From contig CAWJKV010000003.1 of the NCBI GenBank assembly GCA_963843555.1, forward strand, positions 1-64,000: DNA of 64,000 nt. The letters are read 5' to 3'. The notes under the pieces are model-generated. The model was not told the DNA's origin and searched no databases. It saw only the letters and a list, made by a program, of their open reading frames with translations. Position 1 is the first letter of the stretch, and every line of letters starts with the position of its first letter. Shown one piece after another: positions 19,751 to 28,943 of this stretch. The position numbers were made by a program, and so were the translations under genes. This stretch comes from an uncultured Methanosarcinales archaeon. GTDB taxonomy: Archaea > Halobacteriota > Methanosarcinia > Methanotrichales > Methanotrichaceae.

Positions 19751-21529
19751 ATGGACCCTATTGTGAGACTCGCGGCAAGTGCATCGCCTGGTGAAAAGAA
19801 ATATGTCCTATTTGCGGGCGCTGGTGTATCAAAAGATGCAGGTCTACCAACATCATGGGATCTAATGATGAAGACTGCAGGCGTATTGTGGGCTGCAGAT
19901 AATAAGGATGGAAATTCAACAATAGATGCAAGTCAATTAGAAGAATGGTTTATCAAGAGCAACTATTCGAAAATGGAATATAATGAATTGATGCATCAAC
20001 TTTATCCGAATTATCCAGATCAACAAAGTTTCCTCAAAGAATATCTAAACGGCAAAGAACCAGGATTATCACATCGAGGTATCGCTGAATTGGCGAGGCG
20101 CAAGATAATAAGAGCAATTATAACCACAAATTTTGACAATTATATTGAGAAGGCCTTAGAAGAAAAAAAATTGGAATATCAGGTAATTTCTAATGATGAT
20201 GATTTAGAGAAATCAGAACCATTAATCCATTGCAAGTCTGTAAGAATCTACAAACCACACGGGGATTTGGGACGCGGCGCGCTTAAAAATACGCCAAAAG
20301 ACTTAGAAAAATTGTCTCTGAAAATGGAAACTGAATTAATTAGAGTCCTAAGTGAGCATGGGGTTATAATTCTTGGATACTCTGGTCGTGATAAAGGCAT
20401 ACAAAAAGTTCTGTCTGAGAGAAATCCAATTTATTATCCACTATTTTGGGTCGATCCATGTACGCCAAATGCAGATATTGAGACTATTTTAAGATCGATA
20501 GACTATACGTACATCCCATGCAAGGGTGCGGGGCAGTTCATAGAAGATTATATGAAAATTATAGAAAAATTGGAGAGTCTGTCACCCAGTCATGGTTTGG
20601 GTCCAACGATATTCGAGATAAGACGTGCATTATCTTCTCCAAATGAGCCTATTGAACCCATCGTTATGGAATTTCTGAATAATATTTATCGACGCTTACA
20701 AGGCATAAAACCGGATTTTACAAAGTTCGATGAACATGATGATGCAATCATCCAGCAAATCGATGATGGATTGATGATTTCTTATGATTTCATAGAAGCT
20801 GCAATAGAGGTAGCCAAGTATAAAAATGTAGGTGCTATTAAAAAAATTTATGAATTTTTTGGTGAAGGATTAAAGCTTTATGATATTCCAGATAATTTTT
20901 CTGGAAGTTATCATACCACTGATTTTGATGGATATAAGTTCTTGCTACAGGAAATGTTCATATCGCTTATAGCTGCCTTGATAAAATACAACCATTGGGA
21001 TCTTATTCAGAATTTGCTAGGTGAAGGATTGCTAATAAATAGAAAACGTGAAGGAGGATACGCTTCATTCAGCGAGCTCAATGCATATCTCTATTCTCTA
21101 GACATAGAGCGAAATAATCGCCTGAATAAGAACCCTCGTAGAATGAGCATAACGGCGGATCTCTTTAATGAAAGATTCAGTAATTCAAAGCTCTCAGAAC
21201 TTATAGAATTCCAGGAATTTATTGAGTCAGATTATTTTATTTTTATACGAACAGTGTGTCATGCGTCAGATCCATTAAATCCTCGACGGAAAGAAATATG
21301 GTCCCCATATAGTAGCGTCTATTTAACACGACCTCCAAGCTTTATTATTAAGGCGGAAAGCAAGAGATTTCTTGAGATCCTGGCGAATTCATCAGGCTGC
21401 TCAGAGCTAGATAGGTTCGTTGATAGACTGAAGAAAAGTTCAGAGATTATCCATAAAATTTGGCAGAGTGGATTTTATAATGGACCTTTGACGTATTATG
21501 ATTTTGAAAAGCTGGGAACTTGGCCATGA
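19751..21529 (+). CDS. SIR2-family (sirtuin/NADase-like) protein with long helical C-terminal domain
   Basis: LFAGAGVS, IITTNFD, YKPHGD, LGYSGRD; intact 592-aa AT-rich ORF. Confidence 0.9.
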   Translation: MDPIVRLAASASPGEKKYVLFAGAGVSKDAGLPTSWDLMMKTAGVLWAADNKDGNSTIDASQLEEWFIKSNYSKMEYNELMHQLYPNYPDQQSFLKEYLNGKEPGLSHRGIAELARRKIIRAIITTNFDNYIEKALEEKKLEYQVISNDDDLEKSEPLIHCKSVRIYKPHGDLGRGALKNTPKDLEKLSLKMETELIRVLSEHGVIILGYSGRDKGIQKVLSERNPIYYPLFWVDPCTPNADIETILRSIDYTYIPCKGAGQFIEDYMKIIEKLESLSPSHGLGPTIFEIRRALSSPNEPIEPIVMEFLNNIYRRLQGIKPDFTKFDEHDDAIIQQIDDGLMISYDFIEAAIEVAKYKNVGAIKKIYEFFGEGLKLYDIPDNFSGSYHTTDFDGYKFLLQEMFISLIAALIKYNHWDLIQNLLGEGLLINRKREGGYASFSELNAYLYSLDIERNNRLNKNPRRMSITADLFNERFSNSKLSELIEFQEFIESDYFIFIRTVCHASDPLNPRRKEIWSPYSSVYLTRPPSFIIKAESKRFLEILANSSGCSELDRFVDRLKKSSEIIHKIWQSGFYNGPLTYYDFEKLGTWP

Positions 21530-21554
21530 AATGCAAGACGCTACATACGTCAAA

Positions 21555-22304
21555 AGCACGCATTATCTCGTTGTTTTTGCCAGTATGCACGTTGTTTCCC
21601 ATCTGCTTCTATTCCCGAATACCTATAGCGGCCCTCATAGATTCCTCGCCTATCCAAAATACGCTTCACCTGCATAGGATGAAAGAGCCTTCTTTATGTC
21701 CGCGATCTTCTTGAGCGAGCATTCCGGCTTCATATCTCGCAGCTCAAAGACCCGCTAACTGTGCTGGCCTTCTCTTCATCCAAGGTAAGGGCCTTGTCGC
21801 CTCGCTCTGCCTTGTAACCGATAGGTGCCTTGCCGCCTGCATAACCACCCTGGCGGGCCTTAGTCTTCCGACCGCTTGACAACCTGGACGTAATCAAGGA
21901 CTTCTCGAACTCGGCAAAAGCCGCTACCATAGTCAAAAGAAGCTTCTGGGTCGGATCTTCCCAGCGGCCCGGTTCCGCAATGCTTACTAGCTCCGCTCCA
22001 AGCTTCTTGATCTCCTTCATGAGCCACAAGGAGAGCATAGTGTCCCTGGCAAGCCGGTCTAGCCTGGTTACAATAACTTGCTTGATGTCTCCGGCCTTCA
22101 AAGCCTCAAGCAAAGCATGCAGGCCGGGCCTCTCCAAAGGTGGCAGCGATCCAGAAAACGCAGGATCCTCGATAGATCTGTACTAGCTCTAGGCCATTTG
22201 CAGCGCAGTACTTCGTGATCGCGTCTCGCTGGGTTTCAAGCCCGAAGCTATCAGCAGCCATTTTGGTTCTCAGTGCTTACCCGGACATAGCCTACTGCTC
22301 TCAT
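21555..22304 (-). pseudogene. Serine recombinase (resolvase + short recombinase domain), frameshifted
   Basis: MRAVGYVRVST (catalytic Ser), ERPGL, VTRLDRLARD, AFAEFE, GGKAPIGY, then QVKRILDRR; at least 3 frame changes; 3' end approximate. Confidence 0.8.
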
Positions 22305-22367
22305 AACAGTAATCAATTAGCGTTATGAGTTTATAAACATAACGGTAATTTTAATTAGCGTTATGAG
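22300..22367. promoter_or_regulatory. TATA box (TTTATAAA, 22330-22337) flanked by two palindromic sites, upstream of the recombinase
   Basis: CTCATAAC-N14-GTTATGAG (22300-22329) and CATAACG-N14-CGTTATG (22338-22365). Confidence 0.7.
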
Positions 22368-22588
22368 ACTCCTCAAAGTGATGGAGTTATCTAAAGATAT
22401 CGGTGCAAAACAGAGTATAACCAAATCAATTATATTAGTGGTTTTCTACGTTTATTATATTATTAATAATTTTTCTTGGTGCGATAAAAATAATTAATTA
22501 GACAATTTTTGTCCATTTATTTCTCTGCATGAAGTCGTGGTTCACAATCTCAATTCTTATATAGTAGGTAGTGGTAAAAACAAATGGG

Positions 22589-23829
22589 ATAACAATGGAA
22601 TCAGCAAAAAATTGCCAAGATTTATTGAATAAGTTAAGATTATGTCAATCTGAGGTTGAGAAGCAGTTCCTAATAGCTGCAGATAAACTCGGCCATTCGA
22701 AAGAGTTAGAACCCCAATATCCTGCATTGGGTTATTATATTGACTTCGCAATCGTAAGTAGAAAAATTGCAATAGAAATTGATGGACACGACTACCATAA
22801 AACTATCGAACAAAGAACCCATGATAGTAAGAGAGATCGCGCTCTTGATTTAGATGGATGGAGGGTTATAAGATTCACAGGTTCAGAAGTCCGAAGAGAT
22901 GCGAGAGCATGTGCAAAAAGAGCTACAATGGAAGTATCTACAAATCTAATTTCAACACCGAAGAAAAATAGGCATGAGAAATTTTGTGAATTATACCAAA
23001 TCGCCAAAACAATAGATAATATAAATTTCGGTGATGGATCTATTGATGATATATCACTCCAGATAAATCCTAAGAAACACAAAATATACATGATCGAGCC
23101 TTAACATTATCAAGAGAGGGTAAATATGAGGAATCCATAAAAATCTTTAAGGAATTAATTGATAAAAACCCCTCATTCATTTGTGCTTATAATAATGTGG
23201 GCTGCGACCTAAATAGTCTTGGCCGATACGAAGAGGCAATTCGATGTTTTGAGATAGTTCTGAAGCAAGATCATTTGGATGCAATTGCCTGGGCAAATAA
23301 AGGAGTTGCTCTAAGTGAATTAGGCCATTATGAAGAAGCCATAAGATGTTTTGATGAAGCACTTAGAGTAAGGAATCCATATACATTTGCTTTGAATAAC
23401 AAAGGCATCGCTCTTGCCAAAATAGGGCAAATCAAAAACTCATTTGCTTGCTTTGATGCTATATTTAAAAGAAATCCAAAACTTCCATCTAATGCTCCTG
23501 TGTGGAATGATAAGGGGAATATTTGCTTTGAGCTACGGCAATACAACGACGCAATTGACTGTTATAGGAGTTCAATTAAATTGGACCATTCAGATCCAAT
23601 TGTATGGAATAATATGGGCAAAACTCATTACATTATTGATCAGTTTAGAGAGGCTAACGAGTGTTATGATAATGCAGTTCACCTAGATCCCTTTTATGAT
23701 GATGCATGGTTTAACAAGGGAAAGGCTCTTAAAAAATTGAAAATCGAGGATGGAGCAGAGTCTGCTTTCAAGAAGGCAAGAGACATAAAATCAGGAAAAT
23801 TGACAGATCCTCGGAAGGAGCCACCTTAA
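22589..23829 (+). CDS. DUF559 (Vsr-like endonuclease) domain fused to TPR repeats; frameshift near 23085
   Basis: IDFAIVSRKIAIEIDGHDYH...RD...GWRVIRFTGSEV; frame of ORF 23197 extends upstream (HDRALTLSREGKYEESI...) to overlap the end of ORF 22571. Confidence 0.75.
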
Positions 23830-23930
23830 GTTGAGGATCGAATATGCTCTTGTTTACTGAGATAATGCTTAGAACCTTCCGACAATGTCAGGCAGATATA
23901 AATAGTTTTATGTTGCATCTTTAATTAGAA

Positions 23931-24534
23931 ATGAATCAAGATAGAATAGATGATGCAGCGAGTGATATTGTGAGAACTGATGATGCGGACCCAATAGCTA
24001 GATTAGAAAAAGCTAAAGAAGAATTAGCTGATGCTCTTGAGAAAAATGATACATATGGGCGAACGAAGAAAGTTTTAAATGATGCAAATAATTGGATTTT
24101 AGCAACAAGTGCAGGGACGTTAGTATTAATTTTAAATGATTATAAACTGTTCTTATTAAATTCACCCACCCAAGAAAAGATATACCAACTTCCAGGAAAG
24201 TATTATTTTATTAGTTCAATAATTATTCTAATCTATATCTGTGATAGTATTAGGATATAATAAAATTCAGCTTATAAAAAGAGATTGGATCATGAATATG
24301 TCAATAGATAGTTTATCTATATTGAGGGATGAGATACTGGATCCAGAGAATAAGACAAAGGATATAGAAGCATATACAAATGAAAGTATTACAGAAATCT
24401 ACGAATCATGGCGTGCAGGCCATGAGATAATAGTGAATCGGGATAAAACTCTGATAGTCGGAATTTTTATATATATTATTGGCATCATAGTTTATGGATC
24501 ATACTTCAGTGGTATATATATTAATTATAATTAA
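23931..24534 (+). CDS. Hypothetical membrane protein (two ORFs, probably one frameshifted gene)
   Basis: ORFs 23931..24260 and 24241..24534 overlap; hydrophobic segments; AT-rich. Confidence 0.55.
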
Positions 24535-24794
24535 TTATGTAGCGCTATTATGAAAATATAGGGCGGCAACCGTCTTTTTGTAATCTTAAACCCAAGTCTC
24601 CAAACAGGCTCTTTTGAGCGAATCTCGCCCAGAAACAACAACTCAGAGTGGGAAGTACATGAAGAGAATGAGGCGGGGCAACGATTGAGATCGAATGAAA
24701 TCGATTTCATATTGCCAATAACGAGACGCTCAGCGGCGAGGAGTTTGAAATCGATCTGAAAATGTGACGGGCAATATATTGATGATGATTAGGT

Positions 24795-25061
24795 TCATTG
24801 TTTTTGTCGCATCGCCGCGATCTCAGCATATTTCGCTTGAAAACATTCTACTGCCTTCTTTGCCCTTCGATATCGATCCTTCATCATTTCCGCTATTTGC
24901 TCTTCGTCAAAGCCCGACTCTGTAGAATCGAAAACTCCTGCAAAAGTTCCAGATCGGCATCCGCTAAGGTCTGCAAGCACCGATTCTACGATATCTGGTT
25001 CAGTGGTCGGTTGTTCTTCCAGCCTATCGATCCGCTTCTGCAGCGTCTTAATCGCAGTCAT
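24795..25061 (-). CDS. Small hypothetical protein of the integrated element
   Basis: 88-aa ORF with GGAGG upstream and coiled-coil-like N-terminus. Confidence 0.45.
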   Translation of the reverse strand: MTAIKTLQKRIDRLEEQPTTEPDIVESVLADLSGCRSGTFAGVFDSTESGFDEEQIAEMMKDRYRRAKKAVECFQAKYAEIAAMRQKQ

Positions 25062-25234
25062 TGCTTGGCCTCCGCGCCCGACTGCTTTTCTAGGGCTGCT
25101 GGCCGTGCTCAGTCAGCCAGCGTTCGAACCTCTTCAAAGCCGGATTAACATCCTTAATAATTTGGCGATTCCAGTTCACCTTTTGCCCAGTCATTTTCAG
25201 CCACCGAATTCCTCGAAGGGAATGCGCTTACCCG

Positions 25235-25381
25235 TCGTTCTCGGTGAAGACTTCGAAAACAGAATCAATAAAAGAAGGGCATGTTCTAGATTCTTAACGG
25301 CTCGCTAAGCGACAAGATCGAACAGCGCAGCGGTTTGATCTTATCGTTCTCGGTGAAGACTTCGAAAACAGAATCAATAAA
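25235..25381. repeat. Perfect 38-bp direct repeat (25235-25272 and 25344-25381) at the element end next to SRP RNA
   Basis: tcgttctcggtgaagacttcgaaaacagaatcaataaa occurs twice. Confidence 0.92.
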
Positions 25382-25392
25382 TAAGAGTTAAA

Positions 25393-25707
25393 TGGCAGGC
25401 CCGCCAGCGGTTGCCCTCGAACTCGCGCGCCAGTTAATCCCGATGCGTCCTCCTCCCCTTATACCTATAAGCGACAGTTACCCGCAGTAGGTCTGCTCCC
25501 TTCCGGGCCTGAACCGGTTCCTGCAATTATGGTACACAGATCTTCCTTCAGGAAGACCCATGGACCGGTGCTATCCCTACAGGACGGAGAATCATTGTCT
25601 GCACCTGGACTGAACGCGCAGCGCCCAAAGTCTTCCGCCAGCTTCGCCCCCCGCTTATCGACGATTTCGGGTTATAGGTGACGCCGAACCACCCGGACTG
25701 CCCGCCA
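25393..25707 (-). ncRNA. ffs: Archaeal signal recognition particle (7S/SRP) RNA
   Basis: ~315 nt; terminal helix TGGCGGGC/GCCTGCCA; Alu domain GGGTGGTTCGGCGTCACCTATAACCCG; helix 8 CAGGCCCGGAAGGGAGCAG; TATA-like TTTATA ~25 nt upstream. Confidence 0.96.
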
Positions 25708-25760
25708 CTTTTAACATTGAGGTGAGTAGCTATAAAGCTAACGCAAAAGAGGGAGAAATT

Positions 25761-26015
25761 ATGGCAGATGACATGGACGCAAATATGGGTTTCATCATGG
25801 GAAGCAGGCAGCGCGAAAGGGTAGTTCAGATTTTGGGCTCCAAGGGCAAGATGTCGGCAGAGAAGGTCGCCAAGGTTGAGCACATCCCGGCATCGATGGT
25901 CAATAAGATCCTGGCTGAGATGGCTGAGAAGAATCTCGTTACCGAGGACACCGGCGTCTGGTACCTGACTGAAGCCGGGCAAGAGATCGAGAAGGAGATG
26001 AAGAAGAGAGGGTGA
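25761..26015 (+). CDS. Small winged-helix transcriptional regulator
   Basis: 84 aa; GSRQRERVVQIL...NKILAEMAEKNLV...YLTEAG; purine-rich RBS. Confidence 0.78.
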   Translation: MADDMDANMGFIMGSRQRERVVQILGSKGKMSAEKVAKVEHIPASMVNKILAEMAEKNLVTEDTGVWYLTEAGQEIEKEMKKRG

Positions 26016-26083
26016 AAACTTGTTCCTCGCCATTTAGTGCGGGTTCGTGCGCGGGTCACAGGAATCCGACATTTATTTTCGTA

Positions 26084-26363
26084 GTCCTCTGTACGCTCGT
26101 GCCTCTGTGGTGTTCTTTCATAAATCCTCTGGTTTGAATATGCCGCTACGAATATTAACCGCAGAGACGCAGAGTTCGCAGAGACGCGATATCTTCTTTA
26201 TCACTATTCCATAACCTGAAGCCCAGAAAATTGCCTTTCATGATAGTTCTCCGTTCGTCGTCCTCCGTGCGCTCTGCGACTCTGCGGTTTTCTTCCGTAC
26301 CCACCAGAGTTTAATTATCCCGTGATGAATATTAACCGCCTAGATAAAGAGCCCACAGAGGAA
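26084..26363. repeat. REP-like intergenic inverted repeats (two units), same family as 1494-1632
   Basis: tcctctgtacgctcgtgcctctgtgg / aaccgcagagacgcagagttcgcagag; tcctccgtgcgctctgcgactctgcggtt / cccacagagg. Confidence 0.75.
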
Positions 26364-26414
26364 GCGCCGCCCGGGCGACCTCGATCCTAAAGGAAATCAA
26401 AAAAATATCATGGC

Positions 26415-27419
26415 CTACGAGCGCGACTGATCGCCAGCGCGAAGCAGGTGCTCCAGCTTCTCCACACAGCTCCAGGTCAGGATCAGCTGGGCAAGACCGA
26501 TGGCGTTGACGTACTCCTGCCTCCTGTCGCTGATGATGGCGTAAGTACCCAGTGAGTCGCCCAGCTTCTTCTCCAGCTCCGCAATCATGGACTGATGAAT
26601 CTCGCCATCAACAGTCATGATGCCCACATTCTTGCCGTAGTAATCGTCCCGCTGAAATTCAATGGAAAACTCGTGCTCGGACCTGTGCAGTATCTTGCTG
26701 AGATCAATGGTCAGACCAACCTCAGAGACAGGCTGATCGAGGGTCGGAAGTATCAGCCGCACCGAGTACCAATCGATGGCAGGCTCCGCCTGCAGCGGGG
26801 AGGGATGAAACCGGGAATCCTGGATCTTGATCACGATCTCGGCATAGATCTTCTGGATGTCTACGTAGAGTTTGTAATCGGGCTCGCGCTGCAGGATCTC
26901 TGCCATCACCTGATCAGGGTTGTAGCCCCGCTCGCCCACATCGCGTCTCACCTTCCAGAGCCGTTTTACAGACCGGGAGGGGTCCACAAAGATCTTGAAA
27001 TCGATGAGACTGCGCAATCGCTCTGTGTAAAGCGGATGAAGCCCCTCCACGATTATCACCGGCGCGGGGCCAAAGGGCACCGTACCACTTATGGCGCCTG
27101 TGCTGTGATCGTAAACGGGCTTGTCGATGCTCTCGCCGCGGCGCAGTGCTTCCAGGTGATCCGCCAGCAGGTCGAGGTGATTGGCGTCCGGGTGCAAAGG
27201 CGTGATATTGCGCTCTTTTCGCTGCCTTCTATCCAGGCTGTGATAGTCGTCCATGGAGAAGGAGGCCACCATCTCTTCGCCCAGTATTCTCTTTATGCCG
27301 CGAGATATGGTCGTCTTGCCCGAACCGCTGTCCCCGGCAATTCCAAAGACGAATACCCTGCCGGATTCCTTGATCCTGTCCATGAGAGATTCCGTAATCG
27401 GTTTCGTGATAGATTCCAT
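26415..27419 (-). CDS. prk: Phosphoribulokinase
   Basis: GIAGDSGSGKTT, DDYHSLDR...ITPLHPDAN, KPVYDHSTG, VEGLHPL, WKVRRD..ERG. Confidence 0.88.
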   Translation of the reverse strand: MESITKPITESLMDRIKESGRVFVFGIAGDSGSGKTTISRGIKRILGEEMVASFSMDDYHSLDRRQRKERNITPLHPDANHLDLLADHLEALRRGESIDKPVYDHSTGAISGTVPFGPAPVIIVEGLHPLYTERLRSLIDFKIFVDPSRSVKRLWKVRRDVGERGYNPDQVMAEILQREPDYKLYVDIQKIYAEIVIKIQDSRFHPSPLQAEPAIDWYSVRLILPTLDQPVSEVGLTIDLSKILHRSEHEFSIEFQRDDYYGKNVGIMTVDGEIHQSMIAELEKKLGDSLGTYAIISDRRQEYVNAIGLAQLILTWSCVEKLEHLLRAGDQSRS

Positions 27420-27533
27420 AAGAATGCTATTGCCTCCTGAGAAGGATGACTCTGGCGAGAGATGAGATGAATGTATGCTTTTACAGAGAATTTGCCAAAT
27501 TGAAATCGTTATCTCTTATCTGGGCGCAAAAGA

Positions 27534-27930
27534 CTATTCCGCCTTTTCTTCCGGGTTCCCCGCGGGTGTCACGCGGTGGGGTGACGGGGCGAGACTTATG
27601 GCCGTGCAGGCCTCTTGACCCCGCGTCCGCTATATGTCTGCAATCTAGCCTCCGTCGCTTGGCCGGCCGCGGCCTTGAGCGGCGCCCCAACCATATCGCG
27701 GGAGGCCCGCAGGGCCGACTCGCGGCACCCCGGAAGAAAGAGAGGAAGCGGTCTTCGTCTGCATCTATTCTATCCAGTCTGCAGTCAAATGACATCAGCA
27801 TAGCTTTGGTCAAGACGCAAAAGTTTATTCCACCTCTTCTTCCGGGGTTCCGCGCGGTGAGACGCGCTGGGGTGACGGGGGCGCACTCGAGGCCGTGCGG
27901 GCCCCCCTGACCCCGCGTCCGCGGGGGACA
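27534..27930. repeat. GC-rich hairpin element: two diverged direct copies (27534-27630, 27826-27926) and an inverted arm (27721-27747)
   Basis: Shared tattcc-cct-ttcttccggg...ggggtgacgggg...ggccgtgc...tgaccccgcgtccgc; arm cgcggcaccccggaagaaagagaggaa is complementary to the left end. Confidence 0.75.
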
Positions 27931-27932
27931 AT

Positions 27933-28907
27933 TTATGAAGCTCCGTCCTTTATCACAGGACGATTTTCATCACTCTCATTTATTCTGTCTTCTCCGAGGA
28001 CCAGATCTTCGAACTCCCTGGTCTGGTCGATGGTCTCAAGCTCGCGTTTCTCAATGAGGGCCGTCTCTTCGATGCACTCCAGCTTCGTCTCGCCGTCTAC
28101 TATTACCACCGACTTGGTCCTGGCGACAGATGAAAGGCTGCTCATGAGCCGGGCCTTCTTGAGCATGCTCTGGGAGAACTTGCTGACGCCAGTCAGCACT
28201 ACCAGATCCCCGAGTCTGGTTATGGCATTAAATGGTGCCTGCCCCGTAGGAACTACATCAAAGCCTATCTCCAGAAGCAGGCGCAAAACAGTGTCTGTCA
28301 CCGGGCCTTTCTCCTCCTCCACAGTTCCATGGTGGAAGGGGTCCACTGGCTGGATCAGCTCCTGCTCAAATATCTCTTCCAGCTTCAGAGCCACATCGAC
28401 GGATGTGTCCATATCTTCCACTTCATACTTGCTTATGGTTCTGCGGGATACGCCCAGTTCTGAAGCCAGCGCCCCCAGAGATATGCCGCGCGCCAGGCGG
28501 AGCTGTCTCATTCTGGTGCCATCGATGCGCACATATAGCCCCCCGTGCGCCGCATAGACCAGAGGCAAAGCCTCGTCCAGAAGACAATCCGCCAGAGTAA
28601 AAAGACTGAGCGTAGGTATGCCGTAGCGGAAGTAGACTGCGCCCCTTTCCAGGTACTGATCGCGGGTCTTCTCGCCCACCAGAATGGGGCTCGCTAAGAG
28701 ATGCTTGGCCAGACGGCGCACTTCCAGAGCCGTCTGCTCATTCAGGCCGTCGATGTTGGAGAGGATCTTCAGAAACAGAAACTGATCTCCCTTTCTGGCG
28801 GCAAGATCGAAGCTCCTGGGACGGAGATAGCAGCGATCCGAGGTAGAGAATCCGGCCTGCCTTAGAACCTCTTCCACACGCTCGGCGAGAAGTTCCTTAT
28901 CCATCAT
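27933..28907 (-). CDS. Archaeal Cro/C1-type HTH transcriptional regulator (COG1395-like)
   Basis: SFDLAARK, LKILSNID, GGLYVRIDG, SLGALASELGVSRRTISKYE; divergent from tiaS. Confidence 0.85.
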   Translation of the reverse strand: MMDKELLAERVEEVLRQAGFSTSDRCYLRPRSFDLAARKGDQFLFLKILSNIDGLNEQTALEVRRLAKHLLASPILVGEKTRDQYLERGAVYFRYGIPTLSLFTLADCLLDEALPLVYAAHGGLYVRIDGTRMRQLRLARGISLGALASELGVSRRTISKYEVEDMDTSVDVALKLEEIFEQELIQPVDPFHHGTVEEEKGPVTDTVLRLLLEIGFDVVPTGQAPFNAITRLGDLVVLTGVSKFSQSMLKKARLMSSLSSVARTKSVVIVDGETKLECIEETALIEKRELETIDQTREFEDLVLGEDRINESDENRPVIKDGAS

Positions 28908-28943
28908 TATATATGTCGGTTTGACGGCTATTTAAGGTTGACC

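Larger units (their letters stand above)
11794..25392. mobile_element. Composite genomic island accreted at the 3' end of the SRP RNA gene (left boundary uncertain)
   Basis: Three internal SRP 3'-end duplications, AT-rich cargo, recombinase and IS remnants, housekeeping genes on both sides. Confidence 0.8.

Noticed and set aside
11794..25392. Tyrosine integrase for the island
   Set aside because: No ORF or recognisable remnant with R-H-x-x-R/Y motifs found by eye; a badly frameshifted remnant cannot be excluded without TBLASTN
25548..26033. 161-aa minus-strand ORF
   Set aside because: Overlaps the SRP RNA and is antisense to the winged-helix gene
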